A stretch of DNA of 64,000 nucleotides from Promethearchaeota archaeon. GTDB lineage: Archaea; Asgardarchaeota; Lokiarchaeia; Sigyniarchaeales; SOKP01. Positions 10,049 to 19,453 of this stretch are shown here, piece by piece. Position numbers and translations under genes: made by a program. The number at the start of each line of letters is the position of its first letter. Position 1 is the stretch's first letter. Below the pieces are notes generated by a model. That model searched no databases, was not told the origin of the DNA, and saw nothing but the letters and a program-made list of their open reading frames with translations. The stretch lies in assembly GCA_016840085.1 (NCBI GenBank), contig JAEOTA010000004.1:96001-160000 (forward strand), written 5' to 3'.

Positions 10049-11071
10049 ATGAGTGAAGAGGAAGGTAAAACTATCAGCTTTTTCGATAAGTTTCTACCAT
10101 TATGGGTGGCGCTTTGTATCTTTATTGGAATTATTTTTTCTTTGATTATCCCCGGAATAAGTGAAGCTATTAACTCTTTTAGCATTGGGCAGATTTCCAT
10201 ACCAATTGGTATTTGCTTATTTTTAATGATGTATCCTGCAATGTTGAATCTACAAGTTTCAGAATTAAAAAAATTAGGAAAAAATCCTAAACCTATAATA
10301 CTAACAATCGTATCTAATTGGTTAATTGCTCCATTTATAGGATTACTTATGGCCCGCATATTTTTACAAGGTTATGAGCAGTTGATAGTAGCAATTATTT
10401 TATTATCTAGTTCTCCGTGTACTGCAATGGTTTTAGTATGGGGGTGGATGGCAAAAGGTAACCAAGAGCAAAATGTGATGAATACAAGCCTTAACACAAT
10501 AACAATAATATTTGGCTATGTTCCGATGGTAACTTTACTTACAGGGATTCAAAATATACCTATAGATTGGTTATTATTATTGATTTCGACATTAGTATTC
10601 ATAGGGCTTCCATTATTATTTGGTATAATTAGTAAAAAATTGTTGATCCGCTCTAAAGGAGAGGATTGGTTCAACGAAACTTATCGTCCAATTGTTGGAA
10701 AGGTATCAATTATTGCTCTCTTAACAACTTTAGTTGTCCTTTTTTCATTGAATGGAGATGTGCTGATAAATAATCCCGATTTATTATTATTAGTATCAAT
10801 TCCTCTCTTAGTTGGGTTTGGTATTGTCGTTGGATATAATATATTGATTACAAAACTCACTAAATTGAAATACCGAGAAGCCATTATTACAACAATCATC
10901 GGATCTTCAAGTCATTTTGAAATTGCTATTGCCACAGCTATTGCAATCTATGGGATCGGTTCAGTTGCGGCTTTAGGAACAACAATGGGGTTGTTTTGGG
11001 AGGTTCCAGTGATGCTTTCAATTGTCTATTTAGGGAGGTTTCTAAGAAAAAAGGGATTTTGGAAATCTTAA
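10049..11071 (+). CDS. acr3: Acr3 family arsenite efflux transporter
   Basis: FFDKFLPLWV, MMYPAM, SPCTAMVLVW, SSHFEIAIATA and EVPVML motifs; about 10 TM helices. Confidence 0.95.
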   Translation: MSEEEGKTISFFDKFLPLWVALCIFIGIIFSLIIPGISEAINSFSIGQISIPIGICLFLMMYPAMLNLQVSELKKLGKNPKPIILTIVSNWLIAPFIGLLMARIFLQGYEQLIVAIILLSSSPCTAMVLVWGWMAKGNQEQNVMNTSLNTITIIFGYVPMVTLLTGIQNIPIDWLLLLISTLVFIGLPLLFGIISKKLLIRSKGEDWFNETYRPIVGKVSIIALLTTLVVLFSLNGDVLINNPDLLLLVSIPLLVGFGIVVGYNILITKLTKLKYREAIITTIIGSSSHFEIAIATAIAIYGIGSVAALGTTMGLFWEVPVMLSIVYLGRFLRKKGFWKS

Positions 11072-11117
11072 TATTTTTAATTGTTAAAAAGTTTACAATT
11101 TTGGGGTGATTTAAAAA

Positions 11118-11588
11118 ATTAAGAATATCACGTTTAAGATAAGTATAAATTTGAGTGGTTTACAACAAGGTAAGGAATTTATTGTTCAAGTAAAAGACGA
11201 TGCTAATTTTGTTGAAACCTTAGTCATGGTTGATAAATATATATTTAAAAATCCACATGAGTCGATATTTCCTATATTTGAAGGTTATATTCATAATTAT
11301 TTACAACTCTTTTGGAATCCTGAAGAAAATAAAGTCTACGAGGATATAGGGCTAATGCCTTATGGTCCTGATGAAGAAGGTAATTTAAGGAGATTTATGC
11401 CAATTCGAGATGATATCAATTTTATATTATTTCCTGATAGTGTAATAGATTTACAACCAGATTCTGGATGTTGATGAGAAAAAGTGAGAAACCGATTAGA
11501 TATAGCCAAGTTTAAACATATCTTAAGAAAAAGATATGGAAAAGATAACGAAACATTTGCACATTACTTTAAATCTAACGAAAAATAA
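11118..11588 (+). CDS. Putative selenoprotein (beta-grasp/MoaD-ThiS-like domain + Cys-Sec-Sec + 36-aa tail); ORF track gives only 11151-11474
   Basis: GGGGTGA RBS followed by ATT at 11118 (or TTG at 11151). The frame reads ...QPDSGC-TGA-TGA-EKVRNRLDIAKFKHILRKRYGKDNETFAHYFKSNEK-TAA. A SECIS-like hairpin starts just after the TAA. Confidence 0.65.
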
Positions 11589-11590
11589 GA

Positions 11591-11634
11591 ATTGGATGAG
11601 ATCTTTTAATAAATGTTAGTAAAAGATTGACGAT
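11591..11634 (+). ncRNA. SECIS element, eukaryote/Lokiarchaeota type (3' UTR)
   Basis: ATGA core (11596-99); G.U pair plus stem ATCTTTTA (11601-08) / TAAAAGAT (11620-27); apical AAA (11611-13) 11 nt after the core; 3' GA (11629-30); short lower helix ATTG/CGAT giving K-turn geometry. Confidence 0.75.
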
Positions 11635-11700
11635 AGGATTGTTTCCTATGATTTAATAATTATATCAGAATTAAAAAACTTAAACAATTTAAAATTAAAA

Positions 11701-12669
11701 ATGGATATTTTCACACATATAATTATAGGAATTTTAGCATATTTTCCCCTAATACTGACGTTATCTTCAGAAGCAGTTCTTTTTCTGGCTGCTATGGCTA
11801 TCTTTCCTGATATTGATCTATTCTTTGAACCAATCTCGAGAAAATATAAATTATATTACTTATCACATAGAGCAGGCACTCACTCATATATCTTTGGTTT
11901 ATTTTTTACGGGTATTCTTAGTTTGATCATATCGATATTAAGAAATGGGTTATTTCTTGAGATTTGGATTGCTGGCTTCATTGGGTATAGTATTCATGTG
12001 TCACTAGATCTCTTTACTGCTTCAAAAATTCCAATTTTTTATCCAATTTCAAAAAAAGAATTTAGATTAACCGCTGATAGGGCGGTAAATCCTTTATTAT
12101 TCCTTTTTTCAAGCATCAATTTTTTAATTTTATTTTCTTTTTTTCATACAAATCCAAATTACTATTTTTTTAGAACTCTTACCTCAATTTACTCTTACAT
12201 CTATTTAGGTTATTTTGGAGTGCGAGTAATTTTAAGAATATTAGTACAAGTGAGACTACAAAAACATCAACACTATGTTCCAGGCATTTTACCTTTATTT
12301 TACTTTGTTTATGAAAAAATCATAAATGAGGAAGGTATTACTTTTAAATTGAAGAAAAAATTTGTGTTTTCCTCAAAAAGAAAAGAAATTTTGAACCATA
12401 AAATTATAAAAGAATCAGAGAATATGTTATACTATGAATTAGCTGAGAAAGTAAGTCAAGAATACAGATTCTTTCATAAATGGAACTCAATTATACCTTT
12501 TTTCCAAGAAAGTGAAAATTCTATTCATTTTGTGCTAATCTTAGCCGAAAGTTATTCAAATAAATCTTCTTATTTTCTTTCAATAATTTTTGATAAAGAT
12601 ACCAAACAAATTAAATTTAAAAAGGAAGGATTCGGTTCTTTTAAAAAATGGAAAAATGATAATTTTTAG
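11701..12669 (+). CDS. Membrane-bound metal-dependent hydrolase (YdjM-like)
   Basis: MDIFTH, FPDID, HRAGTHS and HVSLDLFT motifs. Confidence 0.85.
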   Translation: MDIFTHIIIGILAYFPLILTLSSEAVLFLAAMAIFPDIDLFFEPISRKYKLYYLSHRAGTHSYIFGLFFTGILSLIISILRNGLFLEIWIAGFIGYSIHVSLDLFTASKIPIFYPISKKEFRLTADRAVNPLLFLFSSINFLILFSFFHTNPNYYFFRTLTSIYSYIYLGYFGVRVILRILVQVRLQKHQHYVPGILPLFYFVYEKIINEEGITFKLKKKFVFSSKRKEILNHKIIKESENMLYYELAEKVSQEYRFFHKWNSIIPFFQESENSIHFVLILAESYSNKSSYFLSIIFDKDTKQIKFKKEGFGSFKKWKNDNF

Positions 12670-13040
12670 ATCAGATCTTTTAAAGCTCCAGCTATATCAG
12701 GAGTTATAAAATGTTCTATTTTACAACAAAGTGTATCTAAAAATGCATTATCTTCTAATTTCAAAATCTCCTTAAAAAATATTTTTAAATTTTCATAACT
12801 TTCGAGAGTATTTTTTGCAATTCCGCGCCCTTTTGGAGTTAACCTAATCTTTTGCCTTGGTTTCCAACTAACTAAACCTCTTTTATTCAATTTATAGAGC
12901 ATATCAGTAACAGAAGAAGGTTTAACTTGGAGATATTTAGAAATATTTGTATTTGAAACCCATCCTCCTTTATTTCTTTTTGAAAGTAGATATATTGTTT
13001 TCAGATAATTTTCATAGCTTTCATTTAATCTATTTTTCAT
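12666..13040 (-). CDS. DtxR/MntR family metal-dependent regulator
   Basis: ENYLKTIY...ISKYLQVKPSSVTDMLYKL...LTPKG...CKIEH. Confidence 0.9.
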   Translation of the reverse strand: MKNRLNESYENYLKTIYLLSKRNKGGWVSNTNISKYLQVKPSSVTDMLYKLNKRGLVSWKPRQKIRLTPKGRGIAKNTLESYENLKIFFKEILKLEDNAFLDTLCCKIEHFITPDIAGALKDLI

Positions 13041-13041
13041 T

Positions 13042-13182
13042 CTATGACATTATGCTTGTTATGAATTGTCTTAAACTAAATAAGGACATACCAATTATGA
13101 AAAATAATATCAACATTAAACTAAAAATTAAAACTTTCTTCAAACCTTGCTCCAAAATTTTAACATTTCTAGAATTTTCCAT
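13042..13182 (-). CDS. Small single-TM membrane peptide (46 aa)
   Basis: MENSRN...VLIFSLMLILFFIIGMSLFSL; stop abuts the start of the DtxR gene. Confidence 0.4.
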   Translation of the reverse strand: MENSRNVKILEQGLKKVLIFSLMLILFFIIGMSLFSLRQFITSIMS

Positions 13183-13244
13183 TCTTACACACACACAAAT
13201 TTTCATTAAATTTTGTTCTAAGTGACTATAACAGATCAACACTA

Positions 13245-13291
13245 TATAAATTTTATTGTGTCGATGACAATTCGACATATCATTTAAATAA
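13245..13291 (+). promoter_or_regulatory. Conserved promoter/operator upstream of TrmB-like gene 1
   Basis: TATAAATtTTATTGTGTCgATGAC...CGaCA..TTTAAATAA closely matches the reverse complement of 21577-21621. Confidence 0.65.
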
Positions 13292-13313
13292 GATGAAAAC
13301 TATAATTTAATTA

Positions 13314-14348
13314 ATGCCGAATGTAAATAAAGAAGAAAAATTTATTCGAGCATTAGAAAAATCAGGTTTAAATTATAATGAAGCATTAGTCTACTTCTCC
13401 CTTATAAAATTAGGCCAAAAAGGCGCAACAGTATACGAATTAGATCATCATTTTACCCCTTTTCTTAAAAGAACTACAATATATTCTGTCTTGCGGAAAT
13501 TAATTGAATTAGGATGTGTAAGAGAAGGTGAGCAGAAACAAGGTTCCAGAAAGGTAACACTCTTTATTGCCAATAAGCCAGAAGAATATTATGATAGAAT
13601 TATCTTAGAAAAAGAAAAGGAGCTTGATATCCTTAAAGACTTAAAGGAGAAATATTCAGATTATTTTGATATTATTTATCAAGAAGGCATGGAATATGTT
13701 CTTGAGGAACTCGATGAACTTATTCAACCTTATCTTAGACCGTTAGTAGAAAAGGGCTGGAGAATTACTTCATATTTAATTAAGAAGGAAGTTCCTTTAT
13801 TTGAATATACAGTTTATGACTGCATGTTAAAATCACCAAATGCTAAATATCTTAAAGAAAATAGCTTTCACCTGTTTTTATTTGATGATAACATAGAAAA
13901 AGATACAACTTCATTGCAATTTTTTATAAAAGGATTGAAAAATAAAACATACGAGATTGTATCTTATTTTAGTGATATTAAAGAGTATAAACTTGAAGAA
14001 AAAATGTTGGAATTCTACAATAAAACTTATCCTGGTTTTAACTTAAGAGTTAAACTTGAGGATTTAAAAAATTCAAAGTTTTTTGATGAAGTTATAGATG
14101 GTATAAGATCATATTGGAAAAAAGGAGATATAGGAGAACATTTAGCCACAAAATCAAAAGATCTTCAGGAACAAGTTGATATTCATGAAAAAGAATTCTT
14201 AACTGATAATTCACTCGATATTTGGAAAGCTGTAATAATTCCAATACAAAATAAATTGTTTTTTCTATGGGCAGAATCTTATGAGATTTTAGAAGAAATG
14301 GTAGAGCCGATCTTTATTATAGAGAAAATTCCTTTTAATACAAAATAA
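13314..14348 (+). CDS. TrmB-family HTH regulator with uncharacterised C-terminal domain
   Basis: LEKSGLNYNEALVYFSL...RTTIYSVLRKLIELGCV; paralog of 20675-21556. Confidence 0.8.
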   Translation: MPNVNKEEKFIRALEKSGLNYNEALVYFSLIKLGQKGATVYELDHHFTPFLKRTTIYSVLRKLIELGCVREGEQKQGSRKVTLFIANKPEEYYDRIILEKEKELDILKDLKEKYSDYFDIIYQEGMEYVLEELDELIQPYLRPLVEKGWRITSYLIKKEVPLFEYTVYDCMLKSPNAKYLKENSFHLFLFDDNIEKDTTSLQFFIKGLKNKTYEIVSYFSDIKEYKLEEKMLEFYNKTYPGFNLRVKLEDLKNSKFFDEVIDGIRSYWKKGDIGEHLATKSKDLQEQVDIHEKEFLTDNSLDIWKAVIIPIQNKLFFLWAESYEILEEMVEPIFIIEKIPFNTK

Positions 14349-14382
14349 CCAAATAGTTAAGCTATAATTTAACATAATAGAG

Positions 14383-15792
14383 ATGGAAGAGGTAAAATTT
14401 AAAGAATTAAGAAAATCACATAAAGGGGTCACTAAACTTTCTTATGAAGTTACTCAGATATTAGAAAGTGATCCAAATAGATCTCCTCTATATGCTTTAA
14501 TGTACGCGATTGAAAAGGGAGAAAATACTCGAGAGAAAATATATAGCTATTTTAAATATTTTTATGTTAATGAATTTGCATATATTAGGCTAAAACAACC
14601 TGAATTAGATGATTTACTATTAAAAGGAATTCATAAAAATTTAATTCAAAAAGAAAATCATATATTTTCTTTAACAGAAAAAGGAAATGAAGTTTTAGTT
14701 AAATCTAAAAAAGTAAATTTAGTCACAAATAAAGCATTAGGATTTTTTTTTAGCAAAAAAGTCATATTGATTTTCTCTTTAATTTGCCTAATCTTCATGA
14801 GCTCTCTTAAAATAATTACTGGATTGAATTCTGGAAGTGACGCATTATTTAATGAGGGTATTGAGAATTTTACAGATATAATTAAGATATTTATAATAAC
14901 CTTAAGTATTAAATTAAAGAAAGATAGATTAGGCGCAATTGTAATAATTTTATTGATGCTAATAACAGGAATAAATTTGATAATTACTTCTGTATTTTCA
15001 TTGATTGAAGCCAATATTGTTACTCCATCATACTTTTCATTCATATTGATGTTTATCTCGATTTTAATAAACTTAATGTTATTGGTTTTAAAGAACTTCG
15101 TTGGAAAATTACAAGCCAATTTTGCTTTGCTTTCTGATGCTAAGGATAATGTAAATAACATCAGATTATCATTAGGGGTAATAGTTGGATTAATATTTGC
15201 ATTATTCGGAATTTATGTGGTAGATTCTATTATTGGTATACTTATTGCTTCTTTACTGATACTTGATGGTGGTGGAACTTTAGTTGAGTTAGTTAAATCA
15301 GGAGATGATATTGATATTGACAGTTTTAAATTGAGCTTAGATAAGGCTTTTGAATTTAAAATAGCACATTGGATACTATTAGTTATACAAGAAGAGAACT
15401 TGTCACAAACGCAACTGAATAATAAATTTATAGAAGCAATCGAGAAAGGATATGACACTTTTGGTGTTTGGGCGATATTTGGACTTGCTAATATTGAAAA
15501 ATTTAACGTTCAAAAAATTTTAAGCCTTATGAAAAAAAGAGTTCTATTTAGTGAACAAAATAATAAAACTTATCTTACAGATAAGGGAAAAGAACAGTAT
15601 CATAATGTTTTATCTCAAGAGATAGCAAGAGTTTCAAGAGATAAGAAAAAATATAAGGATTGGAAACCTCCAAGTACAAAAGTAAAAGTTTTGTGGGGAT
15701 TATTTGGAGTTCTTGTTCCACTTATCTTAGTTTTGTTGATAATTTTTGTTGGGCCAATTATTTATGAATTTATCATTAATGTAATAAAATGA
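14383..15792 (+). CDS. Cation diffusion facilitator-like membrane protein flanked by winged-helix domains
   Basis: The TM core has SGSDALFNEG, ALLSDAKD and VDSIIGILIA (CDF motifs). N- and C-terminal segments end in wHTH wings (FSLTEKG; YLTDKG). Confidence 0.7.
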   Translation: MEEVKFKELRKSHKGVTKLSYEVTQILESDPNRSPLYALMYAIEKGENTREKIYSYFKYFYVNEFAYIRLKQPELDDLLLKGIHKNLIQKENHIFSLTEKGNEVLVKSKKVNLVTNKALGFFFSKKVILIFSLICLIFMSSLKIITGLNSGSDALFNEGIENFTDIIKIFIITLSIKLKKDRLGAIVIILLMLITGINLIITSVFSLIEANIVTPSYFSFILMFISILINLMLLVLKNFVGKLQANFALLSDAKDNVNNIRLSLGVIVGLIFALFGIYVVDSIIGILIASLLILDGGGTLVELVKSGDDIDIDSFKLSLDKAFEFKIAHWILLVIQEENLSQTQLNNKFIEAIEKGYDTFGVWAIFGLANIEKFNVQKILSLMKKRVLFSEQNNKTYLTDKGKEQYHNVLSQEIARVSRDKKKYKDWKPPSTKVKVLWGLFGVLVPLILVLLIIFVGPIIYEFIINVIK

Positions 15793-15802
15793 CAGAACTC
15801 TA

Positions 15803-16393
15803 ATGCTAGATAACAGATTTATTTCAAAAGTAAGGAAATTTGCTATTGAAAATTCTGAAAAAGATGATATTCATGGATTTAAACATGTTGAACGAGTTTA
15901 TGATATATGTATTAAAATAGGAAAAAAATTAAATGCTAACATAGATTTACTGAAAATTTCTGTTCTTCTTCACGATATTGGTAGAATAGATGAAAAAAAA
16001 GATAATTTAAAAAGAAATCATGCAGAAATTTCCGCTGAAAAAGCTTTTAAATTCCTTACTTCTCAGGATTTTAATATTTCCATGGATGAAATTGATAAGA
16101 TTATTCATTGTATAAAAGCTCATTCTTTCTCAAATAATTTAGTTCCAGAAACACTTGAAGCAAAAATTTTATCAGATGCTGATAAATTAGATGCCCTTGG
16201 AGCCATAGGCTTATACAGAACTATTGGATTTACAATCAAAAACAAAGGTGGTCTTGATCAAGTTATTGAACATTTAGAAAACAAAATTCTAAAACTAAAA
16301 AACCAATTGTATTTAGATATTTCAAAAAAAATAGCTGAAGAACGCGAACTAATTATTTATGATTTTTATAAAAAAATATTAAAACAGAAATAA
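15803..16393 (+). CDS. HD-domain phosphohydrolase
   Basis: HGFKHVERV, LLHDIGR, AHSFS, DADKLDALGAIG. Confidence 0.9.
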   Translation: MLDNRFISKVRKFAIENSEKDDIHGFKHVERVYDICIKIGKKLNANIDLLKISVLLHDIGRIDEKKDNLKRNHAEISAEKAFKFLTSQDFNISMDEIDKIIHCIKAHSFSNNLVPETLEAKILSDADKLDALGAIGLYRTIGFTIKNKGGLDQVIEHLENKILKLKNQLYLDISKKIAEERELIIYDFYKKILKQK

Positions 16394-16576
16394 ATTTCAT
16401 AGAAAAAAATGTAAATTCAGACTAATTGATGAAATTTTTCAGCATAAATAATAATCTCTTTTATAATTTGAAAGTTTTTATCCTCTCCATGAATTAAAAA
16501 TAATTTTTAAAAATACAAATAGTGATAACATAGAGACTTTGTTTAAATTAATGTCTTCACATAGAATCAGAAATAA

Positions 16577-17185
16577 TCATATAATCATATATTCTACAAT
16601 AAGATCTAAAAGATTTTCCATAATTTCAGGGAACTTTTTCCTTCCAATATATTCTATAGTCTCATCATCTAATCCAATTGTAAATATAGATTTTAATATA
16701 CCTGCTAAAATTTCAGGATCTTTATTAATCATAATGTCCTGTTTTTGCCACATTTTAATAAGTTGGGGAAGATATTCATATGTTTGTAGTTTTTGTTGTA
16801 ATATCGGATTATTATATAATTTTCTAATAAGATATTCTCTTATATTTTTATCAGCTATTTGTTGTATGATTGGATTATCTTTTGGCGCTTGTATATGAAA
16901 TTTCAAAAATTTTTTAAAAGTCTCTTTTGGACTAGTTTTCATTTTTTGTAAAAGATACTGCATTTCATTGATAAATTTTTTTTCTGCTTGATCGAGTACA
17001 TCTAAAAAAAGTTCTTCTTTAGAATTATAAAAGGAGTAGAAAGAACCTTTTGAGATCCCTACAGCATTCGTTAGATCTTCAACATTTGTCCTTTTTAATC
17101 CATATGATCCAAAAAATTCTGCACCTTTTTCAATTAGACTATTTCTTATGATCTTTTTCTCTTCAGTCGTAAAAGCTTTTGGCAT
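16577..17185 (-). CDS. TetR/AcrR family regulator
   Basis: MPKAFTTEEK...GLKRTNVEDLTNAVGISKGSFYSFYNSKEELF; ATG at 17185 preferred as start. Confidence 0.9.
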   Translation of the reverse strand: MPKAFTTEEKKIIRNSLIEKGAEFFGSYGLKRTNVEDLTNAVGISKGSFYSFYNSKEELFLDVLDQAEKKFINEMQYLLQKMKTSPKETFKKFLKFHIQAPKDNPIIQQIADKNIREYLIRKLYNNPILQQKLQTYEYLPQLIKMWQKQDIMINKDPEILAGILKSIFTIGLDDETIEYIGRKKFPEIMENLLDLIVEYMII

Positions 17186-17220
17186 TATAATAATAATAAG
17201 GATTTTCAAACTTAAAAATT

Positions 17221-17271
17221 TATGACTAAATGACCTAATGACTCACTGACCCAAACATTTAAATAGTCATA
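17221..17271. promoter_or_regulatory. Putative TetR operator array
   Basis: TGAC at 17223, 17231, 17239 and 17247 (8-bp period), plus inverted pair TATGACTA/TAGTCATA, between the divergent tetR and SDR genes. Confidence 0.6.
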
Positions 17272-17312
17272 TAAATTATAATATCTTAACAAAAAGAAAA
17301 AGTGATAATTAA

Positions 17313-18599
17313 GTGTTTATTGAAAAATTAGGTTTAGCAAGGAATTCACTTTCTAATAAAGTTGCGGTTATTACAGGAGCAGGTAGAGGAATTGGCAAAG
17401 AACTTGCAAGAGCTTTAGCTTGGTTGGGAGCAAAAGTAGTTATTGCTGAAATTAATAATTATGGTAAAGATGTTGAAACTTTAATTCGGTCAGAAGGTGG
17501 AACTGCTTTATTTGTAAAAACTGACATTTCTAATGAAGAAGATATCAAGTTTTTAGAGAAAAAAGTTATTGAATCTTATGGAAAAGTAGATATTCTGATC
17601 AATAACGCCTACGCTACTTCAGTGGGTACTCTATTGGAAATTTCAATAGAAGATTGGGATAAAATATATAATGTAAATATTCGAGGCGCTGTTTATGCAA
17701 TCAAAACTTTTTTACCCTATATGATTAAACAAAATGAAGGAGTAATCAACACTCTTACCTCTGCGGAAGGATGGCCATATATGGCACCTTATTTTGCTAC
17801 TAAAACTGCTCTAACATCAATTGCTAGATCTTTAGCGGCCGAATTAGATGATATAAATATTTCTGTATTTGTATTTGGTCCTGGAATGATTGATACACCG
17901 GGATTACAGGAGTATAGTCGTATTTTAGCACCAAAATATGGTATGACTGAGGAAGAATTTAAAAATCAAGGAATTAACCCAGGATATGATGGATTAATGC
18001 CAGCAGATCATTGTGCAGCAGGCTGGGCATATACCATAGTACATGCTAAAGAATATCATGGACAAATAGCTGAACCATTCTCTCCTCTCTTAAAATTGGG
18101 ACTAATTAAGACTAAAAATAATGAAGTTACTTTTAAAAAAAGAATAATAAAAACTCAAGATGAATTGAATAGTTATATCTCAGAAACTATTGGAAATTCA
18201 AAAATTGCACTTAAAATTGTAGAAAAACTTCAACAAGAAACAATTGAATTAGGTTTGTTAGCAAGAAAATGGATGAATCGCACTTTTGCAAATAGATGTG
18301 GAATGAAAATTAATAAATGCGTTGAAATAATATCGGAACTTAACAATGAACTACAAAAATTACCAAATAATGTGCACAATAACAAAATTGATAATTCATT
18401 GCCCGTATTAAAAAAAATGTCTTGGTTTATTCAAGTATTAAAAAATCTAGCAAGTCACTTTCAAAATTGCAAAGATGATGCTAAGGGATGGATAAAAGAT
18501 CCTGAAGAATTAAAAATTGCCTTAGAAGCACTGGATATTAGAGAACATTCAATGCTAAATTTAATTTCGAATCTTATCCAAATTGAAAGTCAAATTTGA
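17313..18599 (+). CDS. Short-chain dehydrogenase/reductase with C-terminal helical extension
   Basis: TGAGRGIG, INNA, YFATK (YxxxK), PGMIDT; about 160 extra C-terminal residues. Confidence 0.85.
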   Translation: MFIEKLGLARNSLSNKVAVITGAGRGIGKELARALAWLGAKVVIAEINNYGKDVETLIRSEGGTALFVKTDISNEEDIKFLEKKVIESYGKVDILINNAYATSVGTLLEISIEDWDKIYNVNIRGAVYAIKTFLPYMIKQNEGVINTLTSAEGWPYMAPYFATKTALTSIARSLAAELDDINISVFVFGPGMIDTPGLQEYSRILAPKYGMTEEEFKNQGINPGYDGLMPADHCAAGWAYTIVHAKEYHGQIAEPFSPLLKLGLIKTKNNEVTFKKRIIKTQDELNSYISETIGNSKIALKIVEKLQQETIELGLLARKWMNRTFANRCGMKINKCVEIISELNNELQKLPNNVHNNKIDNSLPVLKKMSWFIQVLKNLASHFQNCKDDAKGWIKDPEELKIALEALDIREHSMLNLISNLIQIESQI

Positions 18600-18777
18600 A
18601 CTTCTTTTAATTTTAATAGAATTTTTTTGCTTTTTTTTTTCGGAATATAAAGCATTTTCATATTTTTATTATTAACGGATACTTGATTTGATTTTTTACC
18701 AATAATCCTTAACTATATTGCTAAAAAAGTTAATAGAATTAATTTACTTAACTCTCAATAGAATAAGGATAATTTTA

Positions 18778-18803
18778 TACGAAATAACAGTGCTGGGGGA
18801 ATT
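18778..18803 (+). repeat. 26-bp direct repeat, copy 1
   Basis: TACGAAATAACAGTGCTGGGGGAATT; 23/26 identical to 20617-20642. Confidence 0.7.
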
Positions 18804-18896
18804 TTAATCAGATCTAAAAGGAAAATATGAATTAAAAGCTGATCTTTTTGATCTATTAGTTTATAATAAAATTTAATCTAAAAATTGGGTAAAAAT

Positions 18897-19364
18897 ATGC
18901 CACAAATTGTAAAGGGAGGAAAATACTTATTTGGATGGTCAAGAGTGGGAAATCAAGGTAAAATTAAAATTCCTCCCGAAGCTTATGAGGAGTATAATTT
19001 AAAAAAGGATAAATATGCCATCTTATTTTCAGGTAGCAAAACTTCAGGTGGATTTGGGTTAAGTTCTGTGAGGATTTTAAAAAATTCTAATTTGAAAGAA
19101 TTAATTGACAAAAATACTTTATTAGCTAATTATAAGATACCTAAGGGAGAAGTCATCGAATTAAAAAATAAAAAGTACTGTTGGTTAAAAATCTATGAAG
19201 ATAAAAGTATAACTCTGCCAGATAGAGCTTTAAAGGCTTTTGGAATAAAAGAAAATGATAGTTTGCTTTCTGGAAGAGGTAGTCATTTAGCTATAGGATT
19301 TATCGCAAAAGGTCCCATTTTTAATGAAGCGAAGAATCATCCTGAAATTGAAATTTTTGAATAA
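18897..19364 (+). CDS. AbrB-like (swapped-hairpin) duplicated-domain protein
   Basis: FGWSRVGNQGKIKIPPEAYEEYNL and second half DKSITLPDRALKAFGI; ATG at 18897. Confidence 0.6.
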   Translation: MPQIVKGGKYLFGWSRVGNQGKIKIPPEAYEEYNLKKDKYAILFSGSKTSGGFGLSSVRILKNSNLKELIDKNTLLANYKIPKGEVIELKNKKYCWLKIYEDKSITLPDRALKAFGIKENDSLLSGRGSHLAIGFIAKGPIFNEAKNHPEIEIFE

Positions 19365-19387
19365 AGATAGGCAATACATTTAAATAG

Positions 19388-19448
19388 TATGATTCGTATG
19401 ATCATATTAATATGATCATACTAATATGATCATACCAATATGAATTAT
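19388..19448. promoter_or_regulatory. Tandem palindromic operator array (TATGATCATA x3, 14-bp period)
   Basis: Perfect copies at 19397, 19411 and 19425, degenerate copies at 19388 and 19439, directly upstream of the AbrB gene. Confidence 0.75.
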
Positions 19449-19453
19449 GAAAG

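Noticed and set aside
11474-11588. Alternative reading: an independent tiny ORF after the SGC stop (ATG 11474 or GTG 11484)
   Set aside because: The ATG frame closes after 13 codons. A GTG-started 34-aa peptide contains no UGA and would not explain the adjacent SECIS. Not fully excluded.
19388-19448. Possible mini-CRISPR array
   Set aside because: Units are 10-bp palindromes with 4-bp spacers, far too short for CRISPR, and there are no cas genes. It fits an operator array better.
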